Virus record (IMG/VR): IMGVR_UViG_3300035208_001992
From: a virus
Lineage: Duplodnaviria; Heunggongvirae; Uroviricota; Caudoviricetes
Length of the DNA stretch: 64,000 nt
Strand: one strand, 5' to 3'
Shown: positions 8,409-16,525 of the stretch, in pieces
Layout: every line of letters starts with the position of its first letter
How positions within the stretch are numbered: position 1 is the stretch's first letter
Notes under the pieces: generated by a model
The model's input: only the letters and a program-made list of their open reading frames with translations
The model's database searches: none
What the model was told of the DNA's origin: nothing
Program-made: the position numbers and the translations under genes

Positions 8409-9057
8409 GGGTAGTATACAGCTTTCCAAATACAGCTTCAATCTGGTCTTTGGTTTGCTGCTTGAACGACAAGACCAAACGCATTATTCTATAGCGATCG
8501 AAATCACCATCACGCAACAGCGACGACAATGGAGCGCTTGCTGTTTCGGAGACGTTGAAGTGCGTGCTTGTCGCGCCAATCACAGCAAATTTTACATGCA
8601 ACGCGTCTTGCGCGTCTTCACTGATGACAACGTCCATCTTTGAGACGCAGTCACTCACATAGCTACTACGCCGAGACAAATCGAACGTTTTCACAACGTA
8701 ATCCTGAAAGGCATATCGCAGCAACTGCAACTTCTTGGACTTCGGAAGTTCGTCGACAATCTGCTGTGGCTCGCGACAATCCAATGGCTGACGTATACTA
8801 GTGAATCGGTCATTGCCTTCACGCCAGTTAGCCACAAAGTAATCGCGAGAACTCAAATATGATGTGTCAATAATCAAGCTCTTGAATGGGAATGTCATAA
8901 GCATGTCGCACTTGTCTTGATCTGTACCAGGCACTCCAATGAGCCAATCGAGCCTGAGCACACAGTTGACTCCGCAAAGTTTGACGTGTTGCGGTGTAGC
9001 AAGGCACTTCACTTGATCTTCCCATATTTGTCGATGTTCGACTGCATGCCTGCTCAT
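8401..9057 (-). CDS. MARH-tag family protein (MSRHAVE), 218 aa
   Basis: GGAG SD; ATGA overlap; blocks VKLCGVN, QQIVDELP and LLRDGDFD. Confidence 0.85.
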   Translation of the reverse strand: MSRHAVEHRQIWEDQVKCLATPQHVKLCGVNCVLRLDWLIGVPGTDQDKCDMLMTFPFKSLIIDTSYLSSRDYFVANWREGNDRFTSIRQPLDCREPQQIVDELPKSKKLQLLRYAFQDYVVKTFDLSRRSSYVSDCVSKMDVVISEDAQDALHVKFAVIGATSTHFNVSETASAPLSSLLRDGDFDRYRIMRLVLSFKQQTKDQIEAVFGKLYTTHA

Positions 9058-9686
9058 GCTTGTGCTCCAACGCGTTTGTCTTCGACAATTAAGCGCTTTT
9101 CAAGTAGTGACAGACTTAGCAATTTAGGCAAGTTGAACTTACCGTCTTCGCACACGTCAGCAATAGTGATCACAGCAACACCATGATGCTTGACATAGTC
9201 ACTCAACCTTCTTGTGATATAGCATTCTTTGAGGTCACAGCTGACAACGATTGACATCAAGCCAAACGTGATCTCGTATCCGATCGATCTGGCGTACAAT
9301 ATAAGGGCGTTAGTCAAGATCGACTCGAACACATTTCTGAGGTCAGTCGCAGGTATTGCGTCGACCAATGATTGAAGCGACGAGCTGCATATTGCATCAG
9401 CATGTCCGTTGATGTACTTAGATGCGGCGTCATGCTGGTAGATGAAAACATCGCTCTCGTCATCATACCAAGCAATAGCACAACCGTACTTGTTTTGACC
9501 GTAGCTCAACGCAAGACGGTCAGTCGTCTTAGGAACGAGCTCGTCGAACTTGCGCGTTGCATCTGCATTGAACATGCGTGCGCTCAAATCAATCAAGCCA
9601 ACGTGTACAACGTTGTTGTGTTGGATCATTTTGAGAAGATCTTGGTATTTGAGCACTTTACCGATCTCGCACATATGTCTAGCCAT
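9054..9686 (-). CDS. MARH-tag family protein (MARHMCE), 210 aa
   Basis: AGGAG SD; ATGGCTAG overlap; blocks QSLVDAIP and VCEDGKFN. Confidence 0.85.
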   Translation of the reverse strand: MARHMCEIGKVLKYQDLLKMIQHNNVVHVGLIDLSARMFNADATRKFDELVPKTTDRLALSYGQNKYGCAIAWYDDESDVFIYQHDAASKYINGHADAICSSSLQSLVDAIPATDLRNVFESILTNALILYARSIGYEITFGLMSIVVSCDLKECYITRRLSDYVKHHGVAVITIADVCEDGKFNLPKLLSLSLLEKRLIVEDKRVGAQA

Positions 9687-10374
9687 GTCCGATTACTCCT
9701 ACCTCGTCAGATGGCACTGTTACTCCAGCAGTGTTGAATCCGTTCAATGTAAGCTGCTCAAGCACATACTTGTCAACGCGCTTCACGTTCTCGACTAAGC
9801 TAGACATTGTACAGATTTTCTTGGCGTGGACAAGCACATCATAGTCACCGTTGCGCCAGACTAACTTTGTGAATTTGTTGTCGCTTCTTACCATTCTTAT
9901 GTTCGGCAGGTCGAGAATCAATGATGCAACATATTCAACTATGGTGAACAAAATCTGAGACAATGCATAATAGTGTTGTTGCGTGCCAGTGAATTCATCA
10001 ACAAGATCTTGAAGTCTGCCACAAAACGCTGTTGGTAATTTGTACCAGCTATTCTCAGAACCGGAACTGAACAGCTGCATGTCAGGTTGGTATGTGCCAC
10101 GACAAATTCGCGCTAGCGTGACTGATCTCGTAATGAACTTAAGAGGAGCACTAAGATCAAGATTGAGCATCGCAACGCTAACCGGCATGATATTGAACTC
10201 ATTGTCAAGCATGCTCACTTGCTCTTCACCAGACATACGAGTCATTGTGAAGAATGCACTGCTTACTGTGGCATCAATTCCGCAAAGTTTGATCGACAAT
10301 TGCTGGTTGCCGCGATCGAGATACTCCACCAAGCGATCACGTGGACTGACTCGTTCTGTCATGTGTCTAGCCAT
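9679..10374 (-). CDS. MARH-tag family protein (MARHMTE), 231 aa; start corrected from 10407
   Basis: GGAGG SD; TAATG overlap; blocks IKLCGID and QDLVDEF. Confidence 0.85.
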   Translation of the reverse strand: MARHMTERVSPRDRLVEYLDRGNQQLSIKLCGIDATVSSAFFTMTRMSGEEQVSMLDNEFNIMPVSVAMLNLDLSAPLKFITRSVTLARICRGTYQPDMQLFSSGSENSWYKLPTAFCGRLQDLVDEFTGTQQHYYALSQILFTIVEYVASLILDLPNIRMVRSDNKFTKLVWRNGDYDVLVHAKKICTMSSLVENVKRVDKYVLEQLTLNGFNTAGVTVPSDEVGVIGHG

Positions 10375-11129
10375 TACAGCAACCTCCGCGTATGATGCAG
10401 CTTCCAAATTTCGTCGTCTTTCACAGCAATGATGTCTTTCAACTTTGCCTCATCAAATTTCACAGCTTTAGCAGCAGACAGCGTGATGACGTCGACTCGA
10501 CGTTCAGCGCTCGCGTTTGTCATGACGACAAAGTCTTTCTTGACTCGACGTATATGGAATCTAGAGCCTTCCAATGAGTACGCCAGCACATAGTTGAGCA
10601 GCATTCTAGCTAACAGCGCGTCTTTGTCTTTAGCGCTGAGCTCATTCAACTGTTGCTTAATCACGTCCTGTCCAACGACCAGGTTGAATGGTTCTAAATC
10701 GCATGCTGGGTCTACGCGCCCGAACACGCGTCTACCACCATCAAAATTCGAACCATATAGCAAAGTCACCACATCGAATTGGTCGTCGGACGTTGCCGCA
10801 ACAAACGGGACGTCGATCGACGTTGCAGTCTGTGTGGTCGACTTTATTGATGCGAAGAACATTTCAGCAAAGCTACTGTAGCTCTTCCAACCGTCACGCG
10901 TTGTAACTGCATTGATCGGAAAATGAGCAGTGCTTGGATCAGAGCAATCGTCTAGTACGAGCTCAACTGTTTCTCTAAGATTGCTATCGACATATGTAAG
11001 TCTCTTTGCCGCTGAAGTAACGATGATCGGCAATCCATCGATCTCTAACTCGACTGGATCAGCGTACTTGATGAGTGCTTCAGCAAGCATATCTCGTCCA
11101 CAAGCCTTTTCAGTCATATGCCTAGGCAT
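10374..11129 (-). CDS. MARH-tag family protein (MPRHMTE), 251 aa
   Basis: ATGCCTAG overlap; block LEIDGLPI. Confidence 0.85.
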   Translation of the reverse strand: MPRHMTEKACGRDMLAEALIKYADPVELEIDGLPIIVTSAAKRLTYVDSNLRETVELVLDDCSDPSTAHFPINAVTTRDGWKSYSSFAEMFFASIKSTTQTATSIDVPFVAATSDDQFDVVTLLYGSNFDGGRRVFGRVDPACDLEPFNLVVGQDVIKQQLNELSAKDKDALLARMLLNYVLAYSLEGSRFHIRRVKKDFVVMTNASAERRVDVITLSAAKAVKFDEAKLKDIIAVKDDEIWKLHHTRRLL

Positions 11130-11769
11130 GATGCCTCAACAGTTTCTTGCGCTCCAATTCAGCGCGTAAGAACGTGAGCGGATGCTGGTACGACGCAAGT
11201 GTTCTGACGCTGCTGACAACTACATGCGTTGAAAGGAAGAGTGCAGCATCATCATTTCCAATAGGCTTGGCATAGCAAGTTTTTGTTCCTCCATCTTTGC
11301 AAAAGTTAGCGAGTGCTGCCAAGACGCATTTGCAACCAAACCAGAATTTGGTCTCATTGCTTAGCATGTCAAACGCTTCTCGTATGCTATTGACGGATCG
11401 ATATGATACTGCTTGCATCTCAATCGTTGATGACCTAGCCCAATCAGATGCTGTTTCAGCGTTCATCACTGCGATGTAAAACAAGCCAGATCCAAAGTTT
11501 GTGGCGAGGAAAGAATGCCAGTCAGTTGGAAGACGCTTCTCGTCCAAGCTGCCATCTGTCAGTTGCGCGTCACCGAGGTTGAACATCATGTTGGACGACG
11601 TGTTCTTTGCAAAAGCATATGCACTCTTCACAACTGTTTCAACATTAACGCGACATGGACGGACGTTCATTTGCAGATTGCCGAATAGTGGCACGCGTTC
11701 TTCTTGGCATTCGAACACTCGTTTGATCTGGTCTTCGAACGTTACTTGCTCAGCCATGTGTCTAGCCAT
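11122..11769 (-). CDS. MARH-tag family protein (MARHMAE), 215 aa
   Basis: GGAG SD; ATGGCTAG overlap. Confidence 0.85.
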   Translation of the reverse strand: MARHMAEQVTFEDQIKRVFECQEERVPLFGNLQMNVRPCRVNVETVVKSAYAFAKNTSSNMMFNLGDAQLTDGSLDEKRLPTDWHSFLATNFGSGLFYIAVMNAETASDWARSSTIEMQAVSYRSVNSIREAFDMLSNETKFWFGCKCVLAALANFCKDGGTKTCYAKPIGNDDAALFLSTHVVVSSVRTLASYQHPLTFLRAELERKKLLRHHA

Positions 11770-12439
11770 GAAGTGGGCTCCAATTCCGTATCAGTTCATT
11801 GCGTAGTTTAGCATATGGACGATCTGGCTCATGTATGATGCTTGCAACGTCACTAACAATGACGCTACCCTTTTGAGTATCATACAGTTCGATCAATCCG
11901 TCTGCGTTCAAGTGCATTCCAATGCGTTGCGGTACGTTACCGCATGCACCACCGAATTCCTGAGCAACATACATGTTGAGCTCATCTTGGTACTCGCGTG
12001 TGATGAACATGTCTTTGTGACATTTGCTCAAGCAATTAAACGCGTCTTGTATCGACTGCACTTCTAAATATGGCACAAGCTCACTGTCATTTCTTGTAGC
12101 ATACATCCAAGCTAGCGCACTTGGACGTCTTAGCGCAAAATGCTGTGACCTATACGATATGCCGTCCACTGACAGCAGACCATAACGACTCAAATCTTGT
12201 TTGGTCACAATCCTGTCATCGCTTGAAGGCCACATAATATATGATTCAATAATTGGCCTGCTAACTTGGTCAGGCATGTTCACGAACATCTTACGTTCTA
12301 TAGGCTCGCGTTGATTGAGCGACGTGTAGATCTTTATCTTCAGCTCTTTGTTCAACTCGAATGTCTGTGGTTCACTATTGTGTAGGACGCAAAGACAATG
12401 GAAGAAGCTTGGTCTAGTTTCAGTAGCATGCCGACTCAC
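11762..12439 (-). CDS. MARH-tag family protein (MSRHATE, GTG start), 225 aa; closest paralog of 13029..13694
   Basis: AAGGAG SD; aligns by eye with 13029..13694 (LRRPSALAWMY/LRTPNAYARIY; VIVSDVASII/VIISDVSQII). Confidence 0.85.
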   Translation of the reverse strand: MSRHATETRPSFFHCLCVLHNSEPQTFELNKELKIKIYTSLNQREPIERKMFVNMPDQVSRPIIESYIMWPSSDDRIVTKQDLSRYGLLSVDGISYRSQHFALRRPSALAWMYATRNDSELVPYLEVQSIQDAFNCLSKCHKDMFITREYQDELNMYVAQEFGGACGNVPQRIGMHLNADGLIELYDTQKGSVIVSDVASIIHEPDRPYAKLRNELIRNWSPLHG

Positions 12440-12466
12440 AGCAGATCTCCTTTGTTGATGACGTTG

Positions 12467-13036
12467 TTAGAACCAGCGTTCAACCTCTTCAATATCTATC
12501 ATGTGATTCGACACCAGTGCGCTGAGCATTATCTCAGGTGAGACGAAGAGCATCTCTTCAATGAAGCAGTGAGCGACTAGTCCAATGTCTTTTCCATGCG
12601 TGTTAGCAGTCAGGCGAGTCAAATGTGCTTGCCTGACTGCTTTGATCCGCTTACCTTCATGACCAATCTTGCTGAATCTTGATCGTCGCAAAACGCCTTT
12701 GACCATCTCAGTAGCAACTATGCCTTGATGCGCTTCTGACATGTCATCAATCAACTGCTGTGGATCAGCGCTGTGCATGGTAAGTTCTTCGTCAATCATT
12801 ATCATGTACTCGCTGCTCAACTTCTTGTGGCCGATCATGACGTTGAACTCATTGACGCGCTTCAATCGAACAGCATGTGATAACTCCAAGTCACTCTCAT
12901 CGCCTTCGTACACGTTTTCAAATGTGTCGATGACCATAGTGCATTCGATGTCATGGAACATCACCGTTTGCTCTTCACGCAAGTTGCTGGCCAATCGCGT
13001 CCAGCACGACAGTTCTTCTGGCATATGCCTAGACAT
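12467..13036 (-). CDS. MARH-tag family protein (MSRHMPE), 189 aa; start corrected from 13120
   Basis: GGAG SD; ATGTCTAG overlap; block QQLIDDMS. Confidence 0.85.
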   Translation of the reverse strand: MSRHMPEELSCWTRLASNLREEQTVMFHDIECTMVIDTFENVYEGDESDLELSHAVRLKRVNEFNVMIGHKKLSSEYMIMIDEELTMHSADPQQLIDDMSEAHQGIVATEMVKGVLRRSRFSKIGHEGKRIKAVRQAHLTRLTANTHGKDIGLVAHCFIEEMLFVSPEIMLSALVSNHMIDIEEVERWF

Positions 13037-13694
13037 GAGTACGACTCCATTGACGTACAAATTCATCGTAGAATTTGACGTACGGTTCATCAACCTCATT
13101 GATGATCTGTGACACGTCACTAATGATCACTTCTTCACAGGTGGAGTACGTTACGTCTAAGACATCTTCATTTATGACAACATTCAAAAACGTGCGTACG
13201 TCATTTATGCCGCGCTTCACTGAAAGATCTATTGCGAGTCTAAGGAAGAACTCGCTCGTGATGATCACGTCTTTGGTTAGCTTACTCAAGCACTCCCAAG
13301 TTTGTTTGATGGATCTGATGTCTTTGCACAACACGCTTTTGGATCCTTCAGCAAACGGATAAATCCTGGCATATGCGTTTGGCGTTCTCAACAGCATCTC
13401 TTCTGAAGCGAGTGATTCACTAGATGCCATCAGCAAGACGAATCGTGACGCTGGTCCTAATTCTGGATCAGTTCTAGTTTCGTTGGTTGTCCACGTTGCC
13501 CAGCCGTTGACTATTGGATGATGCAGTGTCTTGGATGTGTCTTGTGGGTACAGTATGTCATCAATAGATGCTGGAGTAGCGCTAACGCGCATCTGCAAAT
13601 CACTGTTCAATACGAATATCTGCGGATCGCAGCGTTTGATGTCACATAGGCAATTGTAGATGTCATCACGATCTTCGAATGCATGTCTAGCCAA
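13029..13694 (-). CDS. MARH-tag family protein (MARHAFE, TTG start), 221 aa; first gene of the array
   Basis: AAGGAG SD; lies downstream of the nrdJ terminator and the promoter-like motif. Confidence 0.85.
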   Translation of the reverse strand: MARHAFEDRDDIYNCLCDIKRCDPQIFVLNSDLQMRVSATPASIDDILYPQDTSKTLHHPIVNGWATWTTNETRTDPELGPASRFVLLMASSESLASEEMLLRTPNAYARIYPFAEGSKSVLCKDIRSIKQTWECLSKLTKDVIITSEFFLRLAIDLSVKRGINDVRTFLNVVINEDVLDVTYSTCEEVIISDVSQIINEVDEPYVKFYDEFVRQWSRTHV

Positions 13695-13726
13695 CTGTTG
13701 ATCTCCTTCAGTAGCAGTGATGATAC

Positions 13727-13765
13727 CTAGTACTAATCACTATTTACACATTGCATTGTTTACGC
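13727..13765 (-). promoter_or_regulatory. conserved promoter-like motif, copy 2 (head of MARH array)
   Basis: GCGTAAAC-aatgcaatgt-GTAAAT-agtg-ATTAG-tac-TAG; same spacing as 5459-5497. Confidence 0.65.
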
Positions 13766-13785
13766 CTGGTTAACAGCGGCCAATA

Positions 13786-13827
13786 GAAACAAAAGAGGCC
13801 GGCACCCTCATCGGATACCGGCCTCTT
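13786..13827 (-). terminator. intrinsic terminator after nrdJ
   Basis: Minus-strand hairpin AAGAGGCCGGTATCC-GATGA-GGGTGCCGGCCTCTT followed by TTGTTTC. Confidence 0.85.
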
Positions 13828-13852
13828 GCCTCAATTTGTGCTACTTAAGTTG

Positions 13853-16357
13853 TCAACAGCGCGAGTGACCGCATGCTGTACAATGCTGACATCCTTCTTC
13901 ACGAATGAACGATGCACTGCCACACGACGGGCAGATGTCAGGCGCTGGCGTCTTTGCCTTTGCACGCTTACGCGCAGTAGCAGTCACTGCTGCAGCAAGC
14001 TCAGGCAAAGTAGATGGTGCAAGCTCACCAACCGTCTGCATCTTGATGATCTCTTCCGTGATCTCGACGATCGCACGAGAGACTGCTTCTGGCATCGACC
14101 GGACTTGGTTCTTGCCGAAGCCGACGGAGTTAGCTCCGCCAATGCCGTTGAACTGCTCTGCAATCTCGCTGAGACGCTCCATTGGCGTCATCGGTCCATT
14201 GATCTGCAATGCCAATGAGCAAGCACGACCAATACCCTCTGCCATCGACGTGATGTCTGATCCAGCTTTGCCTGCTGTGATGAAGATCTCTACTGGACTG
14301 CCGTTCGCATCGACGTTCACTGTGACGAAGACGCGTCCAACTGGACTTTCCTTTTCGATGGTGAGACCGCGAGCCATCTTTGGACGCTCACGCATCTTGA
14401 TGATCGGCTCTTTCTTGTGCTTCTTGTCTTCAGCTTCTGCTTTGTCCTTGTCGCTCGGCTTCGTTGACAGCACCTGTTCGCTACGCGAACCATCGCGGTA
14501 GATCGTACCGCCTTTGCAGCCAAGCTTGTACATGAGCTCGTACAGCTCGCGTGTCTGGTCGACAGTGTAGTCGTTCGGCACATTGCATGTCTTCGAGATG
14601 CTGCTGTCGATCCAACGCTGCAACGTTGCTTGGACACTGACGTGTTCTTCAGGTGTCAGATCCATAGCACTAACGAACCACTTCGGCAGATCCTTTGCGT
14701 TTGGATTTGCAGCACGCCATTCAGCGACGATGTCGACGTCGATCTCAGTCGAACCAAGACGAGAATTGCGAGTGAACGTCCAAGCGTAGTATGGTTCAAT
14801 GCCTGTGGACGTGTTCACCATCGTGCCAGTCGTACCTGTTGGAGCAACAGTCAACAACGTCACGTTGCGCAGTCCATTTTCCTTGATTGCCTTGCGCACG
14901 TTTGCTGGAAGGCGCTTTGCATATCCAGACTGCAGCAACTTGCTGGCGTCGAATTTCGGGAACGATGACTTCTCTTGCGCGATTGCGCTCGACATGAGAT
15001 ACGCTTCCGACGCGATGAACTCGCCAAGCTTGTCGACAAACTCGTTGCCGCGCTTTGATCCGTACGCTAGCTCAAGCTTGATGAGCATCTCTGCAAGACC
15101 CATGATGCCGAGACCAATACGACGCTCGTCGAGCTGTTGTGTCTTGATCTCGTCCATGAAGTAGTGATTGAGATCAACCACGTTGTCCAAGAACCGTACA
15201 GCATATCTAACAGCAAGTCCAAGACTTTCCCAGTCAACCGACTTGTTCGGAAATACGAAACGGCTGAGGTTGAGCGCTCCCAAATTGCAGCAACCATAAG
15301 CAGGGAGCCCCTGCTCAGCGCACGGATTGCACGAAACGATCGGTGCAAAGTACGCTGAGTTTGATTCCTTGTTGTAACGCTCGATGAAGAAGATTCCTGG
15401 TTCGGCTGAGGCCCATGCTGATTCGATGATCTGGTTCCAAACGTCACGAGCCTTCAACGTCTTGTAGATGATTGTCTTGTATCCGTTCGACTTCCACTGC
15501 TTGAGATCACCATTCCAATCGATGTAGTGGTCATCACCAGTGTCTGGGAACTCGAGATTCCAATCTGCGTCGGCTTCAACGGCCGTCATGAACTCGTCAG
15601 AGATGCCGACCGAGATGTTGGCATTCACAATCTTTCCATCTTCGCGCTTTGCGTTGATGAAGTCGATGATGTCAGGATGCCAGTCATTCAGGATGAGCAT
15701 CAAAGCACCGCGACGTGATCCACCTTGTTCGATGAGTCCAGTCGTGAAGCTGTAGAGGCCGCCCCAGCTAACAGAGCCAGATGACCTGCCATTGACGCCT
15801 TTGACATATGCATAGCGCGGCCGTAAGCTTGACAAGTTGACACCAACGCCACCGCCGCGGCTCATGATCTCAGTCATCTCGCCTAGCGTATCAAGGATGC
15901 CACTACGGCTGTCTTTTGGAGATGGAATCACGTAGCAATTGAAGAGTGACAGCTGTTGGTCTGTTCCAGCTGCAGCTAGAATGCGTCCGCCTGGAACGAA
16001 GCGCCAATCGTCAAGCAGCCACTCGAAGTTGCGTGTCCAAGTGTCACGCTCATCTTCGTCTTCGACTGACGCGACGCCACGAGCAGTACGAGCCATTGCT
16101 TGCTCAGCTGTTAGCTCGAGAGGCTTGTCAACACTGTCCCAGTCTTGGGTTGTGGTCGTTCCGTCTCGGAGCTCGATTTCAACTTGCTTGCCGTAGCCAT
16201 CATGCTTGACTACTTTGCCGATGACGCGTTGACGCGATTTCTGATCGACACAAACAAGAACAACGTCACCGGTTTCCAGTGATTCTTTCTTCGTGTCTTT
16301 CAATGCATAACGATCGAGGAAGATTTTTTCGCCAAGCTCGTTCATCGGGTTGCTCAT
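13853..16357 (-). CDS. nrdJ: adenosylcobalamin-dependent (class II) ribonucleotide reductase with C-terminal TSCPD domain and Zn ribbon
   Basis: Motifs PGGRIL, NCYV, GGGVG, RRGA, NPCAEQ (catalytic Cys), CNLG, APTGT, SISKT, GCKGGTIYRDGSR. C-terminal EIFITAGKAG and CPSCG...EEGC..C..CG.SRC. Confidence 0.95.
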   Translation of the reverse strand: MSNPMNELGEKIFLDRYALKDTKKESLETGDVVLVCVDQKSRQRVIGKVVKHDGYGKQVEIELRDGTTTTQDWDSVDKPLELTAEQAMARTARGVASVEDEDERDTWTRNFEWLLDDWRFVPGGRILAAAGTDQQLSLFNCYVIPSPKDSRSGILDTLGEMTEIMSRGGGVGVNLSSLRPRYAYVKGVNGRSSGSVSWGGLYSFTTGLIEQGGSRRGALMLILNDWHPDIIDFINAKREDGKIVNANISVGISDEFMTAVEADADWNLEFPDTGDDHYIDWNGDLKQWKSNGYKTIIYKTLKARDVWNQIIESAWASAEPGIFFIERYNKESNSAYFAPIVSCNPCAEQGLPAYGCCNLGALNLSRFVFPNKSVDWESLGLAVRYAVRFLDNVVDLNHYFMDEIKTQQLDERRIGLGIMGLAEMLIKLELAYGSKRGNEFVDKLGEFIASEAYLMSSAIAQEKSSFPKFDASKLLQSGYAKRLPANVRKAIKENGLRNVTLLTVAPTGTTGTMVNTSTGIEPYYAWTFTRNSRLGSTEIDVDIVAEWRAANPNAKDLPKWFVSAMDLTPEEHVSVQATLQRWIDSSISKTCNVPNDYTVDQTRELYELMYKLGCKGGTIYRDGSRSEQVLSTKPSDKDKAEAEDKKHKKEPIIKMRERPKMARGLTIEKESPVGRVFVTVNVDANGSPVEIFITAGKAGSDITSMAEGIGRACSLALQINGPMTPMERLSEIAEQFNGIGGANSVGFGKNQVRSMPEAVSRAIVEITEEIIKMQTVGELAPSTLPELAAAVTATARKRAKAKTPAPDICPSCGSASFIREEGCQHCTACGHSRC

Positions 16358-16500
16358 GTGCGTTCTCCAAGTGGGTTCGATTTAGCTTGTAGGTTGGCTT
16401 GCGACCGGGAGTGGCCGCGTGAAGACAACTCGGCACAACCAAGGCGCAGAGTCGAGGTCAAATTTTGGTCGAATGTTTGAATTGATAAGTTGGAAGTTGG

Positions 16501-16521
16501 CTACTCACTAGGTATATTTAC
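16501..16521 (-). promoter_or_regulatory. partial copy of the promoter-like motif (GTAAAT-N12-TAG) upstream of nrdJ
   Basis: GTAAAT-atacctagtgag-TAG, with the same 12-nt spacing as the two array copies. Confidence 0.45.
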
Positions 16522-16525
16522 AATG

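Noticed and set aside
1-13694. Integron cassette array, CRISPR array or DGR as the explanation of the repeated junctions
   Set aside because: There is no intergenic space or attC-like inverted repeat, no identical direct repeats with spacers, and no integrase, Cas or reverse transcriptase in the window. The repeat varies at synonymous positions.
1-13694. Stop-codon reassignment (TAG or TGA read-through) joining array genes
   Set aside because: TAG, TGA and TAA all end genes at or near the next SD-supported start in a different frame, and long ORFs elsewhere are uninterrupted under code 11.
16358-16500. Cobalamin riboswitch upstream of nrdJ
   Set aside because: I could not find the conserved B12-box elements in the expected arrangement.
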